Shown piece by piece: positions 24,308 through 36,077 of a DNA stretch of 44,701 nucleotides. A program made the position numbers and the translations under genes. This stretch comes from Octopus bimaculoides (taxonomy: Eukaryota), in assembly GCF_001194135.2 (NCBI RefSeq), contig NC_068982.1, positions 106,512,629 through 106,557,329 of the forward strand. The letters run 5' to 3'. Each line of letters begins with the position of its first letter. The first letter of the stretch is position 1. A model generated the notes under the pieces. That model searched no databases. It was not told where the DNA came from and saw only the letters and a list, made by a program, of their open reading frames with translations.

Positions 24308-25438
24308 ATGCGTGACCTGTCCTCCAAAGAGGACAAATTGTTGGTGTAGTATTGAATTATTTAATGTTTCGTCAGCTACCTTTTTAAAATTCAAGTTAAC
24401 ATTCCAAAACTAAGGTAAACCAGTTCTGGTAGGCATCATTCTGGACGGAAGGCAAAGCTCGCAGACAGGAACCTAAGATTGGTGAAATATATTGTGTCCG
24501 AAAATCATCGAACTTCGGCAACAAAGGTAACAGTTGAGATAAACCACAACCTTGACAACCTTGTGTCAACAGAACCTGCTTGTTGTGAGCTCCAAATAGT
24601 CGGATACCATGGGAGAACTACAATTACTGAACCACCCCTGTTCACCAACAACATTGATGAGCGCAGAAATTGTGCCTAGACCAGGGGTCTCTAAAGTAGT
24701 TTATATCAACCCCTGGGAGTCGATGGAACTATTCAAGGGGTCGATAAATGCACATCTGCTTAATTATTATTATTATTTATTTATTTTCTTGTACATGCCT
24801 AGGAGTAGATGAGGGGTCAAGGATTCCATGGTTTGGGGACCTCTGGCCTAGACAATCAGAAGTGAATAATAGCTCAATGGAACAGTGTCACCTTCTCTGA
24901 TGAATTACCATGCATTCTTTTTCCTCATTTCGAGACGAAGTTTTGTTTGAAGAAAGCCAAAAACATCTTCAACCCTTACTGTTAGGCCCTACTGAGAAGT
25001 ATGGAGCTGGTTCTATGGTAATTTGAATAGCTGTATCGCTGAATTTTTTTGTTTTTAGTTGTTCTACATAGCACGGTTAATGCCACAGGTTATATGAGTA
25101 TTTAGGTTGATGGTATCCACCCTATGGTACCAACATTGTTCCCTGATGGTAGAGCAACCTTCCAGGACTGATGTAATTCAAAATTGGTACGAAAAGAACA
25201 AAAGTGAAGTAAACCACTCGGATTAGCTCTCAAAATGACTAGATCTCAATATAATCAAGCATTTATGGTACATTTTGGAGCAGCACGTGAGGGGTCGCTT
25301 CTATTCGCCGTCGTCGCGGAAGTTTTACTTTAAGAATGGCTCAAAATCCCCATAACAACCGTTCAGAACATGTACGAGTGAGTTCTTCGGCGTAATATAA
25401 CTGCGACTGATTCCAAAGGTGCACCAACTCCATATTGA
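24308..25438 (+). pseudogene. Near full-length Tc1 (DD34E-type) transposase fossil
   Basis: MRDLS..QRGQIVG...SGRKAKLADRN...NHRTSATKVTVEINHNLDNLVST...GYHGR...QWNSVTFSDE...KYGAGSM...LFPDGRATFQD...LDLNIIKHLWYILEQHV...EWLKIPITTVQNMYE...KGAPTPY* (stop 25436-25438). About 960 nt remain after removing the insertion, with many stops and frameshifts. Confidence 0.88.
24682..24845. mobile_element. hAT (Charlie-type) MITE, 164 bp, inserted in the Tc1 fossil
   Basis: TIRs CAGGGGTCTCTAAA and TTTGGGGACCTCTG match 11/14. Perfect 8-bp TSD GCCTAGAC at 24674-24681 and 24846-24853. Confidence 0.92.
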
Positions 25439-25789
25439 AAAAAGAAAAGGCATCTGAGGGATGCATACCATGTGCACAGACAAATTTTTCGCAAGTTATA
25501 ATGTGGCTTACAATGCGTTGCTTACTCATGTTCTTTAATTGAACTGAATTATTATTTTTAAGTATCACCATTACAGGCATTTATACTGCGATGAAGTTGA
25601 GAAATCAACTCGTAAATAAACGAAACCCTCGAATCCATCACTGTACATACACACATATATACACGCACACATACACACGCACACATACACACGCACACAT
25701 ACACACACACAGTCGCATATCTATGTATGTATTTATGCATGTATGTACCCACACGTGACTACGCGTATAGGTACACCATGATCTATACA

Positions 25790-26062
25790 CATGCAGCGAG
25801 GGTCAATTCATATGAAATATGAACAAAATAATATGACCATTAGCCAATGGTCATATTATCGGGAAATTTGTATGTTCAATTTTTTTTTTAATTCTTTTTT
25901 TTAAAGATAATCATACCAAATGTTCATTATCTTGAGCCACTCACCCATTGAGTATTTCTACCAAATTTGGTGAAAATCCGTTCTGTTGTTTTCCAGCAAT
26001 TTTGCAAATACACAAAGACGAGTGATTATGATACCCTGCCTTCGCTAACGCGCGCAGGGTAA
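25790..26062 (+). mobile_element. Possible non-autonomous Helitron/Helentron-like (HINE/DINE-type) element
   Basis: Internal perfect hairpin at 25828-25859, an ACCAAATTTGGTGAAAATCCG motif, and a 3' stem TACCCTGC/GCAGGGTA (26032-26061). The class assignment is inferred. Confidence 0.4.
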
Positions 26063-26639
26063 AGAAGCTAGTTTAAGAATAACAAAGAAAGACTTACCGA
26101 TGGCGTGACTAAGTACCGAGAATAGAGTTAAATATTTTTAAAGCTTGAGTTGATTAGAACTTCAGGTTCTGCCTAACATCTTTTTCAAAGATATATACAT
26201 TTACTATTACCTGCATAGTTATTTCCATTATCTTCTCGTTTTTTATATATTATTTGAAACAATTGACTTTGTTTTTATTAACAAAATATTTTTACAGGAA
26301 GAAAAGAAAGAAAATCATTAAAAATACCGAGAAAAAAAAACAACCCATAACTACTTCACCAAGGAAACAAAGAAAAAAAGAACAGATACAACTGCACTAT
26401 TATGATACCTTTTACTCCCAACAAAATCGGAGGTAGGCAGGCTTCTTTGGTTTCTGTCTCCTGTCAGAGATAGAAATCGTGACTGTATCTCTCTTAAATG
26501 ACGCGTAACTGTCAAAGTGTAGAATACATTGGAAAAAATATTCTCCGAATAGTATTTGAATTAAAGACTGGATGATCATGGCTGGAACACCTTTACCTGA
26601 TTATAGTTGACTTAAGACTAATTAACAACAATACAATCA

Positions 26640-27600
26640 ATGCGACCACCACCACCACCACTACTACTACTACTAACATAACGACTGCATCAACATAACT
26701 AGCATTACAGATACCACCACCACCACCAGCAGCATCACTAACACCACCATCGACACCATCCTCAACAACACTAACGCCTCCACCCTCATCCACCCCAGTA
26801 TTACCACTTTCATCACCTGCAGCACGAGCACGGCCATTCCCATCACCACCACCACTACTACCACCATCATCAGCAGCATCTTCATCTCCAGCATCAACGT
26901 CACAAACCTCCTCCCCAACCCACACTGGTACCTCTACTATCACCTCAACGGCCATAGCGATTGCCACCAGTACCACTACAACTGTACGTCTACGACCGTT
27001 TGCTTCTAGAATCTAAGTTGCCATCATCACCACCACCACCACCACCACCACCATCTGTATCATCATTACCACCACTACCACTTAACTACTAACCCTATTA
27101 CCGACAGCAACACCACCATTCCAACCAACACAACCACTACCATTAATACTACTATTATTACCACCACTACCAATCAACAACTACACAAGCCACTCGTCAC
27201 TAATACCGTTCACCACCACCACCACCACCACCACCACCACCACCATCTTAGCCCCTGCTGTCACCACTAACATCAGTATTACTACTGCTGCCACTGTCAT
27301 GAACGCCACCACCACCACCACCATTATAAAAAACACCACCAACACCATAACTGCCGCTAACTTCATCACTACTACCACTACCACCAACAGCACCAGTACC
27401 ATCAACACCATCGCTACCGTCAACATGGCCACCATCACCGCTAAATGCAACACCCACCACCACTGCAACCGTGAATCTAAATCTTTTCCACTGTGAGAAT
27501 CTCAACCATCGCCACTGCTACCAATATAACGACCACCTTCTCCACTACCATCAATGATACCATTCATCATTTTCACCATCACCAAAACCATCGCCTCCAC
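26640..27600. repeat. Degenerate (CAC/ACC/CAT)n low-complexity region
   Basis: Direct reading; gives spurious Val/Thr/Gly-rich ORFs. Confidence 0.9.
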
Positions 27601-28149
27601 TACGATTAAACGGAACCTGGTTACCCAGGAGAGCGCCAAAAAAAACATGGGTCATTAAAATCCCTATAAAACCTAATCAAGCGTTTAGTTGTTGCCAAAT
27701 GTGACAAGATAACTCAAATTTTAGCGAGAAAAGGTTGGAAGAGAGAAAAAGAAAAAAAAAACAAAAGTATCATTAAAAAATATACAGCACAAGAAATTTA
27801 AACTCCTCTGACCCTCTCCTCCCTTTCCCACCCTAAAAAAATTTATCACTAAATATTATTTTTCTTCATTGAAAGTTTCAACTATATAAATGTCGTTTTG
27901 GGTTTGTATTTAATAGTATTGTATTTCGTTTTAATGTTCGATTTTGTCAATATGTCAGTCTGCGTTGATTTTTGTTGTCGTTATTGTTGTCACAATTGTT
28001 TTTTTATTTATGTTGCTGATGTTGTTATTGTTGTTGCTGATGATGATACTTTAGTCGATGTTGCTGTTGCTACAGTTGTGGCCATTGTTGTTACCGCTTT
28101 TCCTATACTAAAAAAAAAGCGCCGCAAAACATAGATACGTCCATGAAAT

Positions 28150-28350
28150 ATTGTTTCAAGTTTGGTCACAAAGCTAGAAAATTTGGCAGTGTGGCATAGT
28201 TGATTAAATCGATCCAGTACTTGACTGGTACCTTATTTCATCGCCCTCGAAGGGATTAATGGAGAAATAGACCGCAGTGGTACTTGAACTTAGATCGCAG
28301 AAGACCAGAACAAACTCTCTGACGCTCTAACACTTCTGCTAATCAATCGC
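28150..28350 (-). mobile_element. Old, degenerate SINE family A
   Basis: Recognisable tail (TGTTTCAAGTTTGGTCACAAAG), core (AATCGATCCAGTACTTGACTGGTAC) and head (CTAACACTTCTGCTA..CGC). Confidence 0.6.
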
Positions 28351-28387
28351 TCCACGCATACATAAAATGTTGGTTTTACATAAATGT

Positions 28388-28575
28388 TGGTTTCAAATTT
28401 TGGCACAAGGCCAGCAAGTTCAGGGGAGGTACTAAGCCCATTTAATCGACCCCAGTGCTCAATTGATGAAAAGCAAAGTTGACCTCGGCTTAATTTGAAC
28501 TCGGAACGTAGGGACGGACGAAATGCAAATAAGCATTTTTTTCCGGGGTGCTAATGATTCTGCCAGCTCGCTACC
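28388..28575 (-). mobile_element. SINE family A
   Basis: TTGGTTTCAAATTTTGGCACAAGGCCAGC...AATTTGAACTCGGAACG...GATTCTGCCAGCTCGC. Confidence 0.88.
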
Positions 28576-28640
28576 CTCCGCATACATGAAATATTGGCTT
28601 CTTTTAGACAAGTCACGTGACTAATTTTGANNNNNNNNNN

Positions 28641-28931
28641 ATAGGATCGCGGTTTCGATTCCCAGACCGGGCGTTGTGAGTGTTTATTGAGCCGAAACAC
28701 CTAAAGTGCTGTACTCTTTCACCACAACTTTCTCTTACTTCCTGTTTCTGTTGTGCCTGTAATTCAAAGGGTCAACCTTGTCACGCTGAATATCCCCGAG
28801 AACTACGTTAAGGGTACACGTGTCTGTGGAGTGCTCAGCCACTTGCACGTTAATTTCACGAGCAGGCTGTTCCGTTGATCGGATCAACTGGAACCCTCGA
28901 CGTCGTAAGCGACAGAGTGCCAACAACAACA
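28641..28931 (+). mobile_element. tRNA-derived SINE family C (head lost in a gap), (CAA)n tail
   Basis: B-box-like GGTTTCGATTCCC; homologous to the reverse complement of 32286-32653. Confidence 0.9.
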
Positions 28932-28934
28932 AAA

Positions 28935-29290
28935 AGGCACGTGGTTTCAGGTTCAGTACTACTGTGCTGCACCTTGGGCACATGTCTTCTAATATAGCCT
29001 CTTGCGAGTTAATTTGGTATACGGAAACTAAGTGGAAGTGCTTCGTATACCTATATCATTGAAAGTTTCAACTGCATAAATGTCGTTATTGTTGTCATAG
29101 TTGTTTTTATCGGTGTTGGTTTGTTTATATGCTCGTAAAATAGCGGTTAGGCAAAAAAAAAGACCGATAGAGTGAATATCAGACTTAAAATATTAAGTAC
29201 TGGAACTGATTTCTTTGACTAAAACACTTCAGTGTAGTGCCCCAGCATGACCGTCGTCTAATGATTGAGATGAGTAAAAGATAAAAGATT
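28935..29290 (+). mobile_element. SINE family B (head 28935-29050, tail 29130-29290)
   Basis: Head GGTTCAGTACTACTGTGCTGCACCTTGGGCACATGTCTTCT...GGTATACGGAAACT. Tail TAGCGGTTAGGCAAAA..AGACCGATAGA...GTGCCCCAGCATGACC...GAGTAAAAGATAAAAG. Confidence 0.75.
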
Positions 29291-30754
29291 GGCTAGCAAA
29301 ATATATATACAAAAAACGTTATACACCATTCAACTTTTATACACAGAATACAGGATATATTCATTGTGTAGAATACCATAGTTTCTATTATTTTTTACCA
29401 GCATCCTGTCTTTCGAATGTCTCCTATATTCCAAGCCCATGATCAATACATCCTCTGTAATTCAGCTTGCATGGGATTCTGTAAATAGATCTTGATTCGA
29501 TGAATATACTCTTCCTACACACTTTTCTTTGATCAACGTTAGAAATCATTGTTTATTTATCGTTTTTACTGGCTTGATCTGGAACAAGTGCTGTGCCCAT
29601 GGTCTTCGCAGGATCACCGAGACCAGTGACATCGACGTTGTTAATGATTGTTGCAAGTTGATGTCAACCGGAAAAAAAAAATGGACAGAAAGGAAGTTCG
29701 AGATAGCTGACGGTCTAAAAAAAAGATGGACTGCTCTGTCTGATGTGTCAGGGTTAGTAATTGTGGAGAGAAGTTATTCCGGGTGAGTTGGGGAGTGTTT
29801 TTCCGGAGATTACCATTCCAACCATGACCACCTCACCTTTATTTCAGNNNNNNNNNNNNNNNNNNNNNNNNNNNNNNNNNNNNNNNNNNNNNNNNNNNNN
29901 NNNNNNNNNNNNNNNNNNNNNNNNNNNNNNNNNNNNNNNNNNNNNNNNNNNNNNNNNNNNNNNNNNNNNNNNNNNNNNNNNNNNNNNNNNNNNNNNNNNN
30001 NNNNNNNNNNNNNNNNNNNNNNNNNNNNNNNNNNNNNNNNNNNNNNNNNNNNNNNNNNNNNNNNNNNNNNNNNNNNNNNNNNNNNNNNNNNNNNNNNNNN
30101 NNNNNNNNNNNNNNNNNNNNNNNNNNNNNNNNNNNNNNNNNNNNNNNNNNNNNNNNNNNNNNNNNNNNNNNNNNNNNNNNNNNNNNNNNNNNNNNNNNNN
30201 NNNNNNNNNNNNNNNNNNNNNNNNNNNNNNNNNNNNNNNNNNNNNNNNNNNNNNNNNNNNNNNNNNNNNNNNNNNNNNNNNNNNNNNNNNNNNNNNNNNN
30301 NNNNNNNNNNNNNNNNNNNNNNNNNNNNNNNNNNNNNNNNNNNNNNNNNNNNNNNNNNNNNNNNNNNNNNNNNNNNNNNNNNNNNNNNNNNNNNNNNNNN
30401 NNNNNNNNNNNNNNNNNNNNNNNNNNNNNNNNNNNNNNNNNNNNNNNNNNNNNNNNNNNNNNNNNNNNNNNNNNNNNNNNNNNNNNNNNNNNNNTGCCTT
30501 CGCATCTCAGCTATTCCACATCGCCTGGTACGAGTGTTCGAAACTATGTCAACCAAGGTGCTCTTCAGAATTTTAAAAACTGAACCTACATGTCTTTTCT
30601 ACCTACCTACTCTTCTTCTCTTGCACTGATACATTGCACTCACCACGTCAGAGGCATTTCAATCTAACAGTACAAGCTTGTTTTGAGTCATTTGTTTCTC
30701 TCGCTGTATCATAGTTAAACCTTGTCGAATTTACTAATTCCTAATATAAGGTAC

Positions 30755-31343
30755 CAAAGGTATGTAATGGAGTAGTGTGCAGTAAATGACAGCAGAATAT
30801 GCGAAAGTTTGAGACCAACAGAAAAAAAAAGCGATGGTATAAGCAAGCACCAGAAAAGGTTTTAGAGAATAACAAAGAGACCAAATCTTGGAATATACCA
30901 AACCACACAAGCAGCGAGATCAGGATACTCAACAGAATATTATTGTAAAAGATCACCAGGAAATGAAGTGCCTTCTAACTGGAATATCAATTCCAACAGA
31001 CGATAATATATTATTTTAAAAATGAAGAAATTATCCAAAAATAAATATCGAGAAATAGTGATGACCTGAATGTAGGTACTGAGAGCAAAAATAGTTGCTA
31101 TAATAGTAGATGTCTTGCCAACGATCAAAAAAAAAAAAGATGCAGAAAAATACATAAGGTAAATCTCGGGGCGTAGAAATATGCACCACATACAGAAAAT
31201 GTCGCTACAAGATACTACACACATATGGATTACTCTCTATACAAAAGAAAGCACAAAGCGTAAGCAAAATACTGCACGTGCTGAAGGTACACGGAGCTAC
31301 GCTCTCTTGTGCAAAACACGAAATAAAAATTAAGACTGCTGAA
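30755..31343 (+). mobile_element. Older, diverged copy of the RLE-LINE at 9002
   Basis: ...RWYKQAPEKVLENN....IIVKDHQEMKCLL..ISIPTDDN... The 3' UTR GAAGGTACACGGAGCTACGCTC...AAGACTGCTGAAT matches AAGGCACACAGAGCTGCGCTC...AAGACTACTGAAT at 9659-9723. It is followed by (GAT)n. Confidence 0.75.
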
Positions 31344-31447
31344 TGACGATGATGGTGATGATGATGATGATATTGATGATGATAATGATATTGATGATGA
31401 TGATGATGATGATGATGATGACGATGACGATGACGATGATGATGATG
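31343..31447. repeat. (GAT/GAC)n microsatellite
   Basis: Direct reading. Confidence 0.92.
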
Positions 31448-32285
31448 GAGTTTGCTGAGTTAGAAAAGTTGATAGTCACACAGGCACATTCTGATTGTTT
31501 ATTCTGATATTTTCACTAGATAAATATTGGCAAGTTCAGTAATGCTGCAGTCTACTTTGTTTTTTGTTTGTTTGTTTTTTAGTTTTATTTATTTATTTTG
31601 TCGATACAGCGATAATTGTAGTTGTATGAAGTATTAGATCTTGTTCTGTTACAATCTTCATTGTTTTCATTTATTTATTTCACCGCTTACTTTTTTTTTT
31701 TCTGTTTGCCCCTTGTACATTAATACCATTTGCCATTCTGTGATATTTCAGGCGATTTAGCAGTTTGGGAATGGAGCAACATCAGGCTGATAGGATTGCC
31801 TGATTATTTCTTGATTCTACACTCGTTGACCAATCAACAACATCTTTCAAATTTATTTATCGATACGCCACGATGCTTTTCTAAATTCAATCGATAAGCT
31901 TTCATCTGAATTACCCTTCGTAAACAGGGTTTGCCCCTAGAGATCAGAATTTACCGAAGCGTCGGTTAGCACCCACACAGTGATTAGCATAGTGTGATGT
32001 GATCCAGCCTAGATATAAACAATACGTCAGACCATAAGTTGACTGAGTTAGATGCTAAAAGAATGTTATTAACGTTGTATAAAACTGATTTCTAGGTCAC
32101 ACTGAATAACATAAGTATAAAATTATTTCACATTCTTCTAATTTCACTTCTTATCGATGCGAATTGATATCTGTTAGGATACAGAAGACTATATTATACA
32201 GTAAAGTTTTCATTGTAAGCTCAAAACATTGAAGTGTGGAAATTTCGTAGTTTTGTCGTTAATAGTTTAGTCTTCATCTTTGAGT

Positions 32286-32653
32286 TGTTGTTGTTGGCAC
32301 TCCGTCGCTTACGACGTCGAGGGTTCCAATTGATCCGATCAACGGAACAGCCTGCTCGTGAAATTAACGTGCAAGTGGCTGAGCACTCCACAGACACGTG
32401 TACCCTTAACGTAGTTCTCGGGGATATTCAGCGTGACACAGAGTGTGACAAGGCTGACCCTTTGAATTACAGGCACAAAAGAAACAGTGAGGGAAAGAGT
32501 ACAGCAGGGTTCGCCACCATCCCCTGCCGGAGCCTCGTGGAGCTTTAGGTGTTTTCGCTCAATAAACACTCACAACACCCGATCTGGGAATCGAAACCAC
32601 GATCTTATGACTGCAAGTCCACTGCCCTAACCACCGGGCCATTGCGCCTCCAC
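32286..32653 (-). mobile_element. Full-length SINE family C with 11-bp TSD
   Basis: Minus-strand head GTGGAGGCGCAATGGCCCGGTGGTTAGGGCAG...GGTTTCGATTCCC (Pol III A/B boxes) and a (CAA)n tail. TSD CATCTTTGAGT at 32275-32285 and 32654-32664. Confidence 0.95.
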
Positions 32654-33119
32654 CATCTTTGAGTATTAAAATGAATAAGTATTCATCTTTCCAGAATAAA
32701 GAGCAATGTATTTTGAATTTTTATTCAAAATGCTTCGTAGAGTGATCAATTACATTGTAAAAATCAGGCTGTCCCAAGAACACTAGTAGTGTAAGTGAAA
32801 CGAAGTATCTTCTAATATAAATCGAAACTAGATTGTAGGTTTTTTGGGTTTTTTTTTGCGAGAGCCTTCCAGTTGTATTCACGGCGTTGAATGTTTATTT
32901 TTGTTTGTGGTCAGTGAGTTATCTCACTGTTTACTTTGTTTATTTTAGCATTGTACTGGACTAACATTATTGCTTCCATGATTAATCGTGTTCTTTTTTG
33001 TGGGTTGTTTGGTAGACGATAGATGTGCTGTTTGCTAATACTTTCTTGTTTAGATTTATTTTGTACCGAGTCATGTTGTGCATTTCAATTATTCCTTGCT
33101 GTGAGTTCACGATGAGCCA

Positions 33120-33322
33120 GAGAGAGGGGGGTAGAGGAGGAGAGAGAGAGGAAGAGAGAGGGGAGAGAGAGAGGAAGAGAGAGGGGAGAGAGAGAGGAAG
33201 AGAGAGGGGAGAGAGAGAGCNNNNNNNNNNNNNNNNNNNAGGAGAGAGAGAGGAAGAGAGAGGGGAGAGAGAGAGGAAGAGAGAGGGGAGAGAGAGAGGA
33301 AGAGAGAGGGGAGAGAGAGAGC
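33120..33322. repeat. AG-rich tandem repeat around a small gap
   Basis: A GAGAGAGAGGAAGAGAGAGGG-type unit is repeated on both sides of the gap. Confidence 0.85.
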
Positions 33323-33448
33323 GAATCATCCGTGTATGGCTGATATAAGTTGGAGCCCTGAAATTTACAATTTTCAATTTTTTCATCGAATTTTTAAATC
33401 ACATTAACCATTAGCGTATTCTTCGTTGGCTTACATATTTTTTCTAGT

Positions 33449-33642
33449 ATTGGTTTCAAATTTTGGCACAAGGCCAGCAAGTTTAAGGGAGGAGTAAGTT
33501 GATTACATCGACCTCAGTACTCAACTGGTACTTATTCTAATGATGCCAAACTGATGAAAGGCAAAATTGACCTCGGTGGAATTTGAACTCAGACCGTAAA
33601 GTCGGACGAAATACCGCTAAGTGATTCTGCCAGCTCACCGCC
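33449..33642 (-). mobile_element. SINE family A
   Basis: TTGGTTTCAAATTTTGGCACAAGGCC...GGAATTTGAACTCAGA...GATTCTGCCAGCTCACCGCC. Confidence 0.92.
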
Positions 33643-33719
33643 TTGTACTTTTGCTAATAAGTACTAAGAAATTGTTTTAATTTTAGTGATATTGTAGTAC
33701 ATTGTTATTGTTAATTTGT

Positions 33720-33972
33720 TATTTCTTTATTGCCCACAAAGGGCTACACATAGAGGGGACAAACAAGGACAGACAAAGGGATTAAGTCGATTACATCGAC
33801 CCAGTACGCAACTGGTACTTAATTTATCGACCCCGAAACGATGAAAGGCAAAGTCGACGGAATTTGAAATGCAAAGTCGACCTCGGCGGAATTTGAACTC
33901 AGAACGTAATGGCAGACGAAATACCGCTAAGCATTTCGCTCGGCGTGCTAACGTTTCTGCCAGCTCGCCGCC
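33720..33972 (-). mobile_element. SINE family A with long-tail variant and degenerate 23-bp TSD
   Basis: Head and core as in the other A copies; tail TTTCTTTATTGCCCACAAAGGGCTA...GGACAAACAAGGACAGACAAAGGG. Flanks GTACATTGTTATTGTTAATTTGT (33697-33719) and GTATATTGCTATTGTTAGTTTGT (33975-33997) match 20/23. Confidence 0.92.
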
Positions 33973-34539
33973 TTGTATATTGCTATTGTTAGTTTGTGTT
34001 TAGGTGTTGAGCATTTTCGTTTGTTTTTATGAGATTTTCATAATGTGTTCATGTATCCTATAATTTCTATCTATGATTCCAATTGTTTTATTGACCACAA
34101 GGCGAATTATAACAGTTATAATTGTGGATATTAATTGTAGAATAGTTAAGAAAAGCGGAACAAATCAAAAATATTCAATTGTCTAATATTTGAAAGGCCA
34201 TGCTGCTGATTTCAGTATAATCTGGAAGATTCTTGAAGCATGCAGATTGCACAAAAATGAGAAAAATCGTAGCAGGTTATGAATAATTGAAAATAGATTC
34301 AAACTCAAAGGCCCTATTAAATCTAACTATTATTATAATACAGCTTATGTTAGTATATCTATATATGAAACCGAAACATTTTCCGTCCTTCTTCTCGCCG
34401 ACTTAACCACCAACTGAATAACTCATATTTTACGCCGCATATCACAGCAAGCACTTCCTTAGAAAATTTCGACTGAATTATCAGTTTCATAGAGTCCAAC
34501 ACTCTGAAGTTCGTTCATTCTTTCATTCAATCATTCAGA

Positions 34540-35183
34540 CATGCATGCATACATACATACATATATACACACACACATACATACATGCATACATACATGC
34601 ATACATGCATACATACACACATGCATACATACAGGCATGCATACATACATGCATATATGCATGCATGCAGGCAGGCATGGATATATACATACGTGCATAC
34701 ATACATACGTACATGCATACATACAGGCATGCATACATACACATCCACACACGCATACATACAGGNNNNNNNNNNGCAGGCATGGATATATACATACGTG
34801 CATACATACATACGTACATGCATACATACAGGCATGCATACATACACATCCACACACGCATACATACAGGCACGCATGCACACATACATGCATACGTACA
34901 TACATACATACATGCATGCATACATACATACATACATACATGCATACATGCATGCATACATGCATACATACATAGATGCATACATGCATGCATGCATACA
35001 TACACATACATACATACATACATACATACATACATACATACATACATGCATATAACGGGCATTCACAGTTTCCGTCAACCAATGTCACTCACAAGGCAAT
35101 GATTAGCTATTGTAAAAGATATTTACTCAAGATGTTTCACCGTAGGACCGAACCCCAAACCATGTAGTTCCAAAGCAAATGCG
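34540..35183 (-). mobile_element. SINE family B head (35056-35183) running into an expanded (TATG)n tract
   Basis: Reverse complement CATGGTTTGGGGTTCGGTCCTACGG...GCCTTGTGAGTGACATTGGTTGACGGAAACTGTGAATGCCCGTTATATGCATG. Confidence 0.7.
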
Positions 35184-35959
35184 CCTGACAAAAAAAAAAA
35201 AAGAAATAATAAATAACAAACATTATAGAGATTATTTATTGCACCAGTAACATATACATAAAGTTTGTTTTTATTTTTCCGTCGAAGTGAAATAGCAAGG
35301 AGGAATCGAAAACTGATCGCAAATTCGTGTTGAATAGATTTACCAAGTCACGCACACACACAAACATATACACATATATACTCACACAAACATGCACACA
35401 TACATACACAAACGTACACACATATGTACTCGCGTACCCACGATCAATCACGCTCGTTTATACAGATATTCTACTTCTTGGACACCATGTTGCTAGTTCC
35501 TGAGTGTAAAACTGTTTATTTTTCTCTGATCATATACTTTTAACAAAATTAGTTTCGAACCAACACTTTGGTTTGCTTTGATCTTTTGTAATGAAGATGA
35601 CAAATGAACAAGAAGCGAATACTGATTTATTAAAATGCAGACTATCGTATGCAGCGCATGCAAACATATTAAGCGTGTGAATACCTGCGTAGAGGTTATA
35701 CATGTCACATGTACGCAAGTGTGTGCATATGTATATACATATGTGTCTAAGTATGTATTATATATATAGTATGTGAATGTGTGTGTGTGTACGTGTGTGT
35801 GTGTGTGTGTGTGTGTGTGTATTCACTTTAAAATACATGCCTGCACTTGCACATTGCTAATTATATACATGCAAACAGAGTTTTATACACACACATTCTG
35901 AGGCAAACATATATGTGCACATATGAAGATATATGTACGGAAATATATGCATATACATG

Positions 35960-36077
<118 letters not shown>

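Noticed and set aside
26593-27505. Val/Gly/Thr-rich ORFs resembling mucin or Gly-rich proteins
   Set aside because: Translation of degenerate CAC/ACC repeats; open in several frames on both strands, with no splice or domain evidence.
29300-30740. Complex sequence flanking a gap, possibly a retroelement ORF
   Set aside because: No recognisable RT, endonuclease or gag motif in any frame.
31750-31900. Possible host exon after a TTTCAG acceptor-like site
   Set aside because: Translations match nothing I recognise, there is no clear donor, and stops occur in all frames.
32590-32653. tRNA gene
   Set aside because: The A/B boxes belong to a SINE head with a TSD and tail; there is no complete cloverleaf. 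The same applies to the other SINE heads.
34667-34870. ~95-bp near-exact direct duplication
   Set aside because: It flanks a 10-N placeholder gap, so it is most likely unmerged overlapping contig ends. The duplication around the gap at 33221 is probably the same artefact.
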